Shown here: piece after piece, positions 28,471 to 37,234 of the stretch
How positions within the stretch are numbered: the stretch's first letter is position 1
Layout of the letters: every line of letters begins with the position of its first letter
Source: Patescibacteria group bacterium
GTDB lineage: Bacteria; Patescibacteriota; Minisyncoccia; Moranbacterales; DUUL01
Assembly: GCA_034660175.1 (NCBI GenBank)
Contig: JAYEIQ010000016.1
Coordinates: forward strand, 2,373 to 66,372
Reading direction: 5' to 3'
Length of the DNA stretch: 64,000 bases
The notes under the pieces: generated by a model
Told to the model about the DNA's origin: nothing
The model's database searches: none
What the model saw: the letters and a program-made list of their open reading frames with translations, nothing else
Program-made: the position numbers and the translations under genes

Positions 28471-29163
28471 ATGGGACAGAAAGTAGACCCACGAGGACTG
28501 AGAATAGGAATCAACAAGACTTGGAGTTCTCGCTGGTACAACAAGAAAAACTATAAAGACATCTTGCGTCAGGATGTGGAAATGAATGAATACATTTTGA
28601 AAAACTATAAGGGTGCAGCAATTTCAAGAGTTGAGATCGAGAGAAGTGTCGCAAAGATCAGAATTGTCATTCATACAAATCGTCCTGGAGTTTTGATTGG
28701 TCGTGGTGGAAAGGGTTTGGAAGATCTTCGCAAGAAACTTGAAAGAAAATTTTTATTCAATGAAAAATTGCAGGTTCAAATAGATGTGAATGAAGTGAAA
28801 ACAATCGAAGAAGATGCTCAATTGCTTGCTGATGAAGCTGCAATGCAAATCGAAAAAAGAATGTCTTTTCGCAGGGTGATGAAGATGATGATCGACAAAG
28901 TGATGCAGAACAGAAATGTTGACGGAATCAAGGTTGAATTGGCAGGACGACTTGGAGGAGCAGAAATGTCTAGAAAAGAGTGGTTGTCAAAAGGCAATTT
29001 GCCATTACACACGATGAGAGCAAATATAGATTTTGCAAAATCAACTGCATTTACTACGTATGGAACAATCGGTGTGAAGGTTTGGTTGAACAAGAAACAT
29101 CCATTGGAAAGTAGAGACGAAGAAAGAGGGAGAAGAGATCACAGAAGGGATTACAGGAGATAA
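28471..29163 (+). CDS. rpsC: 30S ribosomal protein S3.
   Basis: The motifs MGQKVDPRGLRIGINKTWSSRWY and a KH domain are present. Confidence 0.9.
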   Translation: MGQKVDPRGLRIGINKTWSSRWYNKKNYKDILRQDVEMNEYILKNYKGAAISRVEIERSVAKIRIVIHTNRPGVLIGRGGKGLEDLRKKLERKFLFNEKLQVQIDVNEVKTIEEDAQLLADEAAMQIEKRMSFRRVMKMMIDKVMQNRNVDGIKVELAGRLGGAEMSRKEWLSKGNLPLHTMRANIDFAKSTAFTTYGTIGVKVWLNKKHPLESRDEERGRRDHRRDYRR

Positions 29164-29214
29164 TAAAGACCAAAGAAAAGTTAGATATAAGACATAACTC
29201 AATATTCGACAAAG

Positions 29215-29625
29215 ATGTTGATGCCCAAGAAAGTAAAACATAGAAAGCTCCACAGAGGAGGAAAGACAAGAGGACTTGCTCACAAAGGTAGTAAAGTTTC
29301 GTTTGGAGCATATGGTATCAAGACGTTGGAATATGGGGCTATCAACTCAAGAGAAATTGAGGCTGCGCGTCGAGCAATTACGAGATATGTTCAACGAGGT
29401 GGAAAAATTTGGATTAGGATCTTCCCAGATCATTCAATGACAAGAAAGGGAGCAGAGACTCCAATGGGAAAAGGGAAAGGAACTCCAGAGTTTTTTGTTG
29501 CAAAAGTGAAGCCGGGAAGGGTTTTGTTTGAGATGGATGGTGTGACTGAAGAGATTGCACGGCAAGCTCTCAAACTTGGTTCAGACAAATTGAGCGTGAA
29601 GACAAAGTTTGTATTAAATAAGTAG
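29215..29625 (+). CDS. rplP: 50S ribosomal protein L16.
   Basis: The motifs [15 protein letters not shown] and [15 protein letters not shown] are present. Confidence 0.9.
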   Translation: MLMPKKVKHRKLHRGGKTRGLAHKGSKVSFGAYGIKTLEYGAINSREIEAARRAITRYVQRGGKIWIRIFPDHSMTRKGAETPMGKGKGTPEFFVAKVKPGRVLFEMDGVTEEIARQALKLGSDKLSVKTKFVLNK

Positions 29626-29668
29626 GAAATAAGGATAACTTATATAAACGACGGTTAATATATCAACA

Positions 29669-29911
29669 ATGAAGGCACTAGAATATAGAGAAATGACAAT
29701 AGATGAACTTGAAGATCATTTGAAAGAGAAAAGGACTGAACTTGTGACTCAAAGGTTTGAAGTTGGTTCAAGGCAACTGAAGAACTATAACAAAGTTGGT
29801 GAAACAAGAAGAGAGATCGCGAGAATTTTGACAGTCATGAAACAGATGCAAAGTGGCAGTAAGGAATCAGTAGAGAAAAAAGAAGAGGATAAAAGTAAAG
29901 ACACTAAATAA
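29669..29911 (+). CDS. rpmC: 50S ribosomal protein L29.
   Basis: The 80-aa product has ELEDHLKEKRTELVTQRF, which is typical of L29. Confidence 0.8.
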   Translation: MKALEYREMTIDELEDHLKEKRTELVTQRFEVGSRQLKNYNKVGETRREIARILTVMKQMQSGSKESVEKKEEDKSKDTK

Positions 29912-29917
29912 TAAACA

Positions 29918-30172
29918 ATGGCGATGGAAAAACAACAGACAAAGAAAGCGAAAAAAGGGGTAGTTGTGAGTGATAAAATGGACAAAACCATTGTTGTTGA
30001 AGCGACGACTCTTTTGACTCACAAGAAATATCACAAGAAATATAAGGACACCAAGAGATATAGTGTGCACGATGAGAACAATTCATATAAAGTTGGAGAC
30101 AAAGTGCTTTTCAATGAATGCAAACCAATGAGCAAAAGCAAGAAGTGGATTGTGATAGAGCAAGATAAATAA
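29918..30172 (+). CDS. rpsQ: 30S ribosomal protein S17.
   Basis: The sequence GVVVSDKMDKTIVV...KKYHKKYKDTKRYSVHDENN...GDKV matches S17. Confidence 0.85.
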   Translation: MAMEKQQTKKAKKGVVVSDKMDKTIVVEATTLLTHKKYHKKYKDTKRYSVHDENNSYKVGDKVLFNECKPMSKSKKWIVIEQDK

Positions 30173-30190
30173 AAGTTTTGAGATAATCAA

Positions 30191-30556
30191 ATGATTCAAG
30201 CGGAGACAAAATTGAATGTTGCAGATAACTCAGGAGCCAAGGTAATTGAATGTTTCAAGGTTCTTGGTGGTTCAAGGAGAAGATATGCATATGTTGGTGA
30301 TATCATTGTTGCTTCAGTAAAAGAATCAGAGCCAAGGGGTAATGTGAAGAAGAAGGAGAAAGTCAGAGCAGTGATTGTGCGACAAAGCCAGCCTGTGAGA
30401 CGAAAAGATGGTTCATATATTAAATTTGATGAGAACGCTGCGGTAATCTTGGATGGCACAGAGCCAAAAGGAACGAGAATTTTTGGTCCGATTGCAAGAG
30501 AAGTTAGAGAGGGAGGTTTCATGAAGATTGTTTCGTTGGCAGAAGAAGTATTTTAG
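30191..30556 (+). CDS. rplN: 50S ribosomal protein L14.
   Basis: The sequence [18 protein letters not shown] is diagnostic for L14. Confidence 0.9.
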   Translation: MIQAETKLNVADNSGAKVIECFKVLGGSRRRYAYVGDIIVASVKESEPRGNVKKKEKVRAVIVRQSQPVRRKDGSYIKFDENAAVILDGTEPKGTRIFGPIAREVREGGFMKIVSLAEEVF

Positions 30557-30587
30557 AAGAATAATTAAGAATATTTATAGATATACG

Positions 30588-30893
30588 ATGAAGATAGTTA
30601 AAGGAGACAACGTAAAAATATTGTGTGGTAAGGACCGAGGCAAGACTGGCAAAGTTCTTCGTGCAATTCCATCAGAAGGAAAAATTGTGGTTGAGAAAGT
30701 CAATGTTGTAAAAAAACACAGAAAAGGCAGAGATCAAAGACAAAAAAGTGAAAGAATTTCAATACCAGCTCCAATCAGAGTTTCAAATGTTCAGCTGATT
30801 TGTTCGAAATGTGGGAAGTCAACAAGAATCGGTTCGAAGGAAATTGAAGGGAAGAAAGTGAGAGCGTGTAAGAAATGTGGTGCAGAAGCATAA
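30588..30893 (+). CDS. rplX: 50S ribosomal protein L24, zinc-ribbon (Cys4) variant.
   Basis: A KOW motif (KGDNVKILCGKDRGKTGKV) is present. The C-terminus has ICSKCGKSTRIGSKEIEGKKVRACKKCG, with Cys pairs at positions where typical L24 has DPKTG and KKSG. Confidence 0.85.
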   Translation: MKIVKGDNVKILCGKDRGKTGKVLRAIPSEGKIVVEKVNVVKKHRKGRDQRQKSERISIPAPIRVSNVQLICSKCGKSTRIGSKEIEGKKVRACKKCGAEA

Positions 30894-30941
30894 ATTGATT
30901 AATAAATAGGAAGTTACTCAAAGATATTTTCAAGAAAAAAG

Positions 30942-31487
30942 ATGAATAAATTGCAGAAAAAATATATTGAAGAAGTGAAGCCTCAGATGATGAAGGAGTT
31001 TGGACTTGACAACCTAATGGCTGTTCCTATGATTGAAAAAGTTTCAATCAATGTTGGTTTGTCTCGAGCGGAGTCAGATCCGAATTTCAAAAAAGATGTT
31101 GTTTCAGATATCAAAATGATAACTGGACAAGCACCTGTTGCCTCTAGAGCGAAGAAAGCTATTTCAGGATTCAAGATCAGAGAAGGACAAGAGATTGGAA
31201 TAATGGTCACTTTGAGGAACGGAAGAATGTGGGATTTTATTTATAAGTTGATTTCTGCCACGATCCCAAGAATTAAAGATTTTCAAGGACTTGATCAGAA
31301 AAGTTTTGATAAGCAAGGAAATTTGAGCATAGGAATCAAAGAGCAATTGATTTTTCCAGAAATTTCTCCAGATGATGTCAGCACGATTTTTGGTTTGCAA
31401 GTGAATATTGCAACTACAGCGCAGAGTAGGGAAGAAGGAATGAAAGTATTCAAATTGCTGGGTTTTCCAATTAAGGAAGACAAATAG
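30942..31487 (+). CDS. rplE: 50S ribosomal protein L5.
   Basis: The motifs NVGLSRAESDPN...ITGQAPVASRAKKAISGFKIREG are present. Confidence 0.9.
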   Translation: MNKLQKKYIEEVKPQMMKEFGLDNLMAVPMIEKVSINVGLSRAESDPNFKKDVVSDIKMITGQAPVASRAKKAISGFKIREGQEIGIMVTLRNGRMWDFIYKLISATIPRIKDFQGLDQKSFDKQGNLSIGIKEQLIFPEISPDDVSTIFGLQVNIATTAQSREEGMKVFKLLGFPIKEDK

Positions 31488-31535
31488 TTTACAGATTGAA
31501 GATAATTATACATTAAGTATTAGTTTTATCCATTT

Positions 31536-31928
31536 ATGAGTGTCGATCAAATTGCAGACATGTTAACCAGAATCAGAAACGCACAGTGCGCAGGAAAGCA
31601 TGATGTTTCAATGCCAGCATCTAATTTTAAGATTGCCTTGGCTAAGTTATTCCAGAAAAATGGATATATTGATGAGGTGTCAATTTTTTCAGAAGGAAAT
31701 AAGAAATATTTGCGATTGAGATTGCGATATGTTGACAGAGAACCTGCGATCAAAGGAATTCGAAGAGTGAGTCGACAAGGACAAAGAATCTATATTGGGA
31801 AGAACAAGATCCCGCGAGTGAGAAATGGATATGGCATTGCAGTTATCTCGACTTCGCAAGGAGTTTTGACTGATGATGAGGCTCGTAAGGAAGGACTTGG
31901 AGGAGAGATGATTTGTGAAATGTGGTAA
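31536..31928 (+). CDS. rpsH: 30S ribosomal protein S8.
   Basis: The sequence DQIADMLTRIRNA...GYGIAVISTSQGV is diagnostic for S8. Confidence 0.9.
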   Translation: MSVDQIADMLTRIRNAQCAGKHDVSMPASNFKIALAKLFQKNGYIDEVSIFSEGNKKYLRLRLRYVDREPAIKGIRRVSRQGQRIYIGKNKIPRVRNGYGIAVISTSQGVLTDDEARKEGLGGEMICEMW

Positions 31929-31965
31929 TCACAATTTTGATTATATAAATTACTAGCAACTATAC

Positions 31966-32151
31966 ATGGCAAAGAAATCAGTAATAGCAAGATCAGAAAA
32001 GAAGCCAAAATTTTCAACAAGAAGTGTTCGTCGATGTTGGAAATGTGGTCGAAAGCATGGGTACATGCGTGATTTTGGATTGTGCCGAATTTGCTTCAGG
32101 GAACTGGCATCAAAGGGTTCAATTCCTGGAGTCAGAAGATCAAGCTGGTAA
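31966..32151 (+). CDS. rpsZ: 30S ribosomal protein S14, type Z (zinc-binding, 61 aa).
   Basis: A Cys4 zinc motif, [21 protein letters not shown], is present. The gene lies after rpsH instead of before it. Confidence 0.85.
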   Translation: MAKKSVIARSEKKPKFSTRSVRRCWKCGRKHGYMRDFGLCRICFRELASKGSIPGVRRSSW

Positions 32152-32185
32152 GAACAAGTTTAAGTAATTATTTTCATTTAGATAA

Positions 32186-32728
32186 ATGTCAAGAATTGGC
32201 AAACAACCCATTGAGATTCCAAACGATGTTACTATTTCAATAGATGATCGTAACGTTCAGGTTAAAGGGCCGAAAGGAACTCTGGATTTCAGCGCGAGCT
32301 ATGAAGTTGAGTTGAGCGTTGAAAAGAATCAATTGATCGTGAAAAAGATCGGAAAAACAAAGAATGCTCCAGCGTTTTGGGGAACAACCAGGGCCAGCAT
32401 TCAAAACATGGTCGAAGGAGTGACCAATGGTTTCAAGAAAGAACTCGAGTTGCACGGTGTTGGATATAAAATGGCAGTGCAAGGAAATAAGCTTGTGCTA
32501 AACCTGGGTTATTCACACCCAATTGAGATGGAAATTTTTGAAGGATTAAATGTGAGCATCGACAACAATGTTTTGACTGTTGAAGGAATTGATAAACAGC
32601 AAGTCGGAGAATTTGCTGCGGTTGTGAGATCAAAGAGAAAAGTTGAGCCGTACAAAGGAAAAGGATTTCGATATGTAGGAGAACAATTTATTAAGAAGGA
32701 AGGAAAAAGAGCTGTTGCGGCAGAATAA
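32186..32728 (+). CDS. rplF: 50S ribosomal protein L6.
   Basis: The motifs MSRIGKQPIEIP and two L6 domains are present. Confidence 0.9.
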   Translation: MSRIGKQPIEIPNDVTISIDDRNVQVKGPKGTLDFSASYEVELSVEKNQLIVKKIGKTKNAPAFWGTTRASIQNMVEGVTNGFKKELELHGVGYKMAVQGNKLVLNLGYSHPIEMEIFEGLNVSIDNNVLTVEGIDKQQVGEFAAVVRSKRKVEPYKGKGFRYVGEQFIKKEGKRAVAAE

Positions 32729-32756
32729 AAGTGTTTAGAGATTATTAAATAATGTT

Positions 32757-33107
32757 ATGAAAAGTAAAAGTAGAAATATTTCAAGATTGCATCGAAAGCG
32801 TCGAATACGCGCGAAAATTTTTGGTAACGCAAAGATTCCTCGACTGTGTGTATTCAGAAGTAGTAGAGAAATTTCAGTGCAATTAATAGATGATGAGAAA
32901 GGAAAGACTTTGGTAGCTGCCTATTCAGGGGATGTGAAAGGAAAAGTTTTTGATGTGAAGGTCGCAAACGAGGTTGGAAAGAAGGTTGCTCAGGAAGCTT
33001 CAAAAAAGGGAATAAAAGAAGTTGTTTTTGATAGAGGTGGATATAAATATCATGGTAAAGTGAAAGAGTTGGCTGAGGGTGCAAGAAAAGAAGGTCTCAA
33101 ATTCTAA
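32757..33107 (+). CDS. rplR: 50S ribosomal protein L18.
   Basis: The motifs RLCVFRSSREISVQLIDDEKGKTL and DRGGYKYHGKVKELAEGAR are present. Confidence 0.85.
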   Translation: MKSKSRNISRLHRKRRIRAKIFGNAKIPRLCVFRSSREISVQLIDDEKGKTLVAAYSGDVKGKVFDVKVANEVGKKVAQEASKKGIKEVVFDRGGYKYHGKVKELAEGARKEGLKF

Positions 33108-33152
33108 GAGACAACTAACATCAAACAGTAAACAGTAAATGGCATAAGATTT

Positions 33153-33770
33153 ATGGCAACAGAAGAAAACAAGAATCAAAAAGGCGGACCAAGAGGGAAG
33201 AGAAGGTTTTTCAAAAGAGATAAGCCTGACTTTGAGCAGAAGCTTTTGGATTTGGCTCGAGTTACTCGTGTCGTTAAAGGTGGTCGCAGATTCTCTTTTC
33301 GAGCTGCAATGGTGATTGGAAACAGAAAAGGAAAGGTTGGATTTGGTGTTGCAAAGGGATCAGATGTCTCAAATGCCATTGGGAAGGCTGTTGCAAATGC
33401 GAAAAAGAGAATGCTTGTTGTGAAAAGAACGAACACCACAATCGGATTTGATGTTCGAAAGAAAGTTGGTGCTGCAAAGGTTTTGATCAAACCAGCGAAA
33501 GAAGGAAGGGGAATTGTTGCTGGTGGTGCAATGCGGGCAGTACTTGAATTGGCTGGAGTCAAAGACGTGGTTGCAAAATCTCTTGGGACATCAAGCAAGA
33601 TAAATGTTGCTCGAGCAACATTGGTTGCACTTGAAGAATTGAACATGAAGATGGTCAAAGAGAAAGAAGTAAGAGTGGTTGACAAGAAAGTTGAAAAAAA
33701 AGAGGACAAAAATGATGAGGAAAAAGGAGATGAGAAAAAGATCGAAAGCCAAAAAAAGGAGAATAAGTAA
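33153..33770 (+). CDS. rpsE: 30S ribosomal protein S5 with a Lys/Glu-rich C-terminal extension.
   Basis: The sequence VTRVVKGGRRFSFRAAMVIGNRKGKVGFGVAKG...GIVAGGAMRAVLELAG matches S5. rplO follows directly, with no rpmD (L30) in between. Confidence 0.9.
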   Translation: MATEENKNQKGGPRGKRRFFKRDKPDFEQKLLDLARVTRVVKGGRRFSFRAAMVIGNRKGKVGFGVAKGSDVSNAIGKAVANAKKRMLVVKRTNTTIGFDVRKKVGAAKVLIKPAKEGRGIVAGGAMRAVLELAGVKDVVAKSLGTSSKINVARATLVALEELNMKMVKEKEVRVVDKKVEKKEDKNDEEKGDEKKIESQKKENK

Positions 33771-33804
33771 GAGAAATAATTAAGTTATCAAATAAAGTTT
33801 TCTT

Positions 33805-34230
33805 ATGCAGATTCACGAACTTAAAAAAACAACGAAAAAACAGCGAAAAAGAGTTGGAAGAGGTGGCAAAAAAGGCACATATAGTGGAGCGGGAATGAAA
33901 GGCCAAAAATCAAGAGCTGGATATTCAAAACGAGCCACTTTCGAAGGTGGAAAATCAACAATTGTTGCTCGAACAAAGAAAGTCAGAGGTTTCAAGTCTC
34001 TCAAAGTTGGATTTCAGGTTGTCAATCTCGATCTGATTGAGAAAAAGTTTAATAATGGAGACGAGGTCAATCCGGAAACGCTCAAAAAAGTTGGTGCAGT
34101 GAAGAAGGTCTATCAGCCAATCAAAATTCTTTCTGTTGGAAAAATCAGCAAAAAACTCACTTTCAAAGATCTAACTTTTTCTGAGGTCGCAAAAAAGAAA
34201 ATCGAAAAAGCTGGCGGAAGTATTGAATAG
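33805..34230 (+). CDS. rplO: 50S ribosomal protein L15.
   Basis: The motif RVGRGGKKGTYSGAGMKGQKSRAG is present. Confidence 0.85.
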   Translation: MQIHELKKTTKKQRKRVGRGGKKGTYSGAGMKGQKSRAGYSKRATFEGGKSTIVARTKKVRGFKSLKVGFQVVNLDLIEKKFNNGDEVNPETLKKVGAVKKVYQPIKILSVGKISKKLTFKDLTFSEVAKKKIEKAGGSIE

Positions 34231-34273
34231 ATTTTAGCGATTGTGATATTGTATCGATAAAAAACAAAGTAGC

Positions 34274-35545
34274 ATGGTCAATAAAATTCTTCAGATCTTC
34301 AAAGTCAAAGAACTTCGTGGCAAGATATTCTATATTTTTGGTATCTTGGTTATTTTTCGTTTGGCGGCGAATGTCCCAATTCCTGGTGTTGACGTTTCTC
34401 AGCTAAAAGATTTTTTTGAAGGGAACCAATTGTTTGGGTTCCTTGATTTGTTTTCTGGGGGAGGTCTGAGAAACATCTCTATTGTCATGCTCGGTGTTGG
34501 TCCATATATCACAGCTTCAATTGTGATGCAGCTACTCACCATGATCTTTCCAAAACTTGAACAGTTATATAAAGAGGAAGGTGAGGCAGGACGGCAAAAA
34601 TTCAACATGTGGACCAGATTCATAACTGTTCCATTCGCAATGTTGCAAACATTTGCTATGGTCTCTCTCTTTAAAAGTCAAGGAATTTTGACTGATTTGT
34701 CTGTTTTTAATTATGTTACAATTGTTGTGACAGCAACTGCTGGAACAATATTCTTGATGTGGCTTGGTGAATTGATTACTGAAAAAGGAATTGGAAATGG
34801 TGTTTCAATGCTCATTTTTGCTGGTATTGTTTCAGCATTGCCAGACACAATCAAGCAACTCGTAGTGACATGGAATCCAACACAAGCGCTCACGTATCTT
34901 GGTTTCGGAGTAATGGTTGTTGTATCAATTGCTGGAATTGTGATTGTGAATGAAGGACAAAGAAACATTCCTATTTCTTTTGCAAGAAGAATCAGAGGAG
35001 GAAAGACTTCTGGTGGATCAAAGACTCATTTGCCTTTACGTGTAAACCAGGCGGGAGTGATTCCAATCATTTTTGCAATGTCGATTATGCTTTTTCCTGG
35101 AATAATTGCAAATTTCTTGGCAGGTGTTGAGAATTCGACTCTTGCTGGCATTGGGAGCACTGTTGCAGATTTGTTTGCAGATCAAACTTTCTATGGTGGT
35201 GTGTATTTTGCTCTGGTTGTGTTGTTCACGTATTTCTATACGGCTGTTACTTTTGATCCAAAAAATGTTGCAGAGAGTTTGCAACGACAAGGAGGTTTTA
35301 TCTCAGGAATTCGACCTGGAACACCAACGATGGAATACTTGAATCGAATTGTTAATCGAATCACTTTGACTGGAGCAATATTTTTGGGATTAGTAGCAGT
35401 TTTGCCATTCATTGTTCAGGCGATCACCGGCATTCAAGCGCTGACAATTGGTGGAACTGGAATTTTGATTGTAGTTTCGGTTGTGATCGAAACCATGAAA
35501 CAGATTGAGGCACAGTTGGTGATGAGAGACTATGATGGATTTTAG
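34274..35545 (+). CDS. secY: Preprotein translocase subunit SecY.
   Basis: The protein has ten transmembrane helices and the motifs LGVGPYITASIVMQLL and GIRPG.T. Confidence 0.9.
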   Translation: MVNKILQIFKVKELRGKIFYIFGILVIFRLAANVPIPGVDVSQLKDFFEGNQLFGFLDLFSGGGLRNISIVMLGVGPYITASIVMQLLTMIFPKLEQLYKEEGEAGRQKFNMWTRFITVPFAMLQTFAMVSLFKSQGILTDLSVFNYVTIVVTATAGTIFLMWLGELITEKGIGNGVSMLIFAGIVSALPDTIKQLVVTWNPTQALTYLGFGVMVVVSIAGIVIVNEGQRNIPISFARRIRGGKTSGGSKTHLPLRVNQAGVIPIIFAMSIMLFPGIIANFLAGVENSTLAGIGSTVADLFADQTFYGGVYFALVVLFTYFYTAVTFDPKNVAESLQRQGGFISGIRPGTPTMEYLNRIVNRITLTGAIFLGLVAVLPFIVQAITGIQALTIGGTGILIVVSVVIETMKQIEAQLVMRDYDGF

Positions 35546-35553
35546 TTATTGAT

Positions 35554-35626
35554 GCGGGTGTCGTATAATGGTTTATTATATCAGCCTTCCAAGCTGAGGA
35601 TGGCGGTTCGATTCCGCTCACCCGCT
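35554..35626 (+). tRNA. tRNA-Gly (anticodon TCC).
   Basis: I folded it manually. The acceptor is GCGGGTG/CACCCGC, the anticodon stem is TCAGC/GCTGA with loop CTTCCAA, and the T arm is GGCGG TTCGATT CCGCT. It sits 9 nt after the secY stop. Confidence 0.8.
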
Positions 35627-35784
35627 CAGTTATAAAGCAAGATCCACAATAGGTGGGTTTTGTTTTTAGTATTCACATAAGAGTATTTAAATGTTATTCT
35701 TTCACGTTAGAGTATTTTGACAATATATATTGATTTTCAATCTATCATAAATTAAGCAAATATAAGAAGAGGAGGAAAAAGACC

Positions 35785-35862
35785 ATGGGAAAGGTCATCA
35801 GAAGTGATGATGTTGGCACTGTTGACGAGGTCTTTTTGAATCCAAAAAATAACGGGAATTGA
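35785..35862 (+). CDS. Candidate 25-aa micro-ORF (MGKVIRSDDVGTVDEVFLNPKNNGN). Its stop codon is embedded in a 13-bp-arm hairpin.
   Basis: A perfect GAGGAGG SD lies 9 nt upstream of the ATG. This ORF is not in the >=60-aa ORF track. Confidence 0.25.
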   Translation: MGKVIRSDDVGTVDEVFLNPKNNGN

Positions 35863-35882
35863 CTGATTCGTCAATTCCCGTT
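35851..35882 (+). promoter_or_regulatory. Perfect inverted repeat AACGGGAATTGAC tgattc GTCAATTCCCGTT overlapping the micro-ORF stop. It is followed by a second strong SD (GAGGAGAGGAGG) and a 2-codon ORF (ATG GTT TAA, 35903-35911).
   Basis: The inverted repeat, the SD and the 2-codon ORF are seen directly in the sequence. The arrangement is attenuator-like. Confidence 0.35.
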
Positions 35883-35990
35883 GAGGAGAGGAGGTATCGA
35901 AGATGGTTTAATCTTCAATACCCTGTCATTCTATCCTAATTTGATTATTTGTCAATATACAAAGAGAGTTTTCTGTTCTCAATAAAAAAT

Positions 35991-36014
35991 GGGGTCGACA
36001 CGTTTGTCGACCCC
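35991..36014. terminator. GC-rich 9-bp hairpin GGGGTCGAC acgttt GTCGACCCC flanked by an A-run and a T-rich tract.
   Basis: This is a strong GC stem in an AT-rich region. Function as an intrinsic terminator or protective hairpin is inferred. Confidence 0.4.
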
Positions 36015-36034
36015 TTCGTTATGGAGGTGTGATA

Positions 36035-36151
36035 ATGTTGTTCTTTATCATCTACATAATACAATACGGAGTTGTGAACTGTCAAATGTTCTGGATTTTT
36101 AATCTTGAAAATGTTAGGATTCAAGCAGTAAGCAACTTTCATAAAAAGTGA
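36035..36151 (+). CDS. Candidate 38-aa hydrophobic micro-protein (MLFFIIYIIQYGVVNCQMFWIFNLENVRIQAVSNFHKK).
   Basis: A GGAGGTG SD lies 6 nt upstream of the ATG. It ends 10 nt before the lipoprotein gene and has a single predicted transmembrane helix with a charged tail. Confidence 0.3.
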   Translation: MLFFIIYIIQYGVVNCQMFWIFNLENVRIQAVSNFHKK

Positions 36152-36161
36152 GCATTAACAC

Positions 36162-36782
36162 ATGAAAAAAATAACGATATTTGTTTTGGCAGTATTTCTT
36201 GTTTTGGTGTTGACTGGATGCTCGAAGAAACAACAAGGACAGAATACAAGTGGTGGTTCTGGCGAACAAACGTCAAAGCAAGAACAGAAGAAAGAGGGGA
36301 GCTCAATAATCGAAGACATTAAGGATGCTATGAGTTCTGGAAAGAAGATGAAGTGTACTTATACCGTCACTCAGGGTGAAAACGTGATGCAGTCAGAAGC
36401 TTTTGTTGAGGGCGATAGATATAAGGTAACGACAACTTTTAACGGGCAAGGCACGAAAATGATTTTTGACGGTAAAGACACTTATACCTGGACAGATCAA
36501 TCCAAGCAGGGAATGAAAATGACCACAGAATGTATGGAAAATATTGTCGAAGATGTTGAAGATACTGCAGGGGAAATGGAAGAAGATGAAAATTTTCACG
36601 CAGAGAATCCATTTGAGAATGCCGTTGATGTGAAGTGCGAGAAGGTTGGATCGATTGACTTTTCAATTCCATCTGACGTTGAGTTTGTTGATCAATGTGA
36701 ATTGATGAAGAATCAAGAAAAGCAGATGGAAGAAATGATGAAATCAATGTCGCAGGGAATAGATGTGCCTGTCATGCAATAG
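36162..36782 (+). CDS. Lipoprotein (lipobox LTGC), acidic and Cys-containing.
   Basis: The signal peptide MKKITIFVLAVFLVLVLTGC is followed by low-complexity S/G/Q/K linker. Confidence 0.6.
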   Translation: MKKITIFVLAVFLVLVLTGCSKKQQGQNTSGGSGEQTSKQEQKKEGSSIIEDIKDAMSSGKKMKCTYTVTQGENVMQSEAFVEGDRYKVTTTFNGQGTKMIFDGKDTYTWTDQSKQGMKMTTECMENIVEDVEDTAGEMEEDENFHAENPFENAVDVKCEKVGSIDFSIPSDVEFVDQCELMKNQEKQMEEMMKSMSQGIDVPVMQ

Positions 36783-36787
36783 ACAAA

Positions 36788-37222
36788 ATGAAACACACAT
36801 TTCTCTCCAAAACGAAAATTCCAAATAAAATTCCAAAGAACATGAGGAGGGTTGTTGAGAGATTGAAAAAAGCCAAAAATCAGAAGCAGTGCTTGAGGAT
36901 GGCTCACGAAGCCATGTCTCAGAGGTATTTTGGTCGTCACATGAGAACTATTACTCATCCGTTGCCAATCTTTTCAATGGATGCTTCAAAGCTTTGGAAC
37001 ACAAAAGGGTTCATGCATTGTCATAATATAAACTGGCTTTTGAGGATTTTGCTTGTTAAAAGTGGGTTCTTCAAAAATAGAAATATTGTGAATCACTGGA
37101 CTGTTGTTTGGGTCACATCTCCGCATCAATATTTGCGTATTAAAATGGATGATGGGGTTTGTGTTAATGTCGATGTCTGGGGAGCAACTTTTGGAGTGAA
37201 GCTTGGACAACACGCGAAATAG
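36788..37222 (+). CDS. Hypothetical protein. A Cys/His/Asp-containing papain- or transglutaminase-like thiol hydrolase fold is possible but the evidence is weak.
   Basis: The 144-aa product lies 5 nt after the lipoprotein stop. Candidate catalytic residues are C35 (QKQCLRMAHEA), H80 (FMHCHNINW) and D (KMDDGVCVNVD). Confidence 0.4.
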   Translation: MKHTFLSKTKIPNKIPKNMRRVVERLKKAKNQKQCLRMAHEAMSQRYFGRHMRTITHPLPIFSMDASKLWNTKGFMHCHNINWLLRILLVKSGFFKNRNIVNHWTVVWVTSPHQYLRIKMDDGVCVNVDVWGATFGVKLGQHAK

Positions 37223-37234
37223 TTAAGAATTGTT

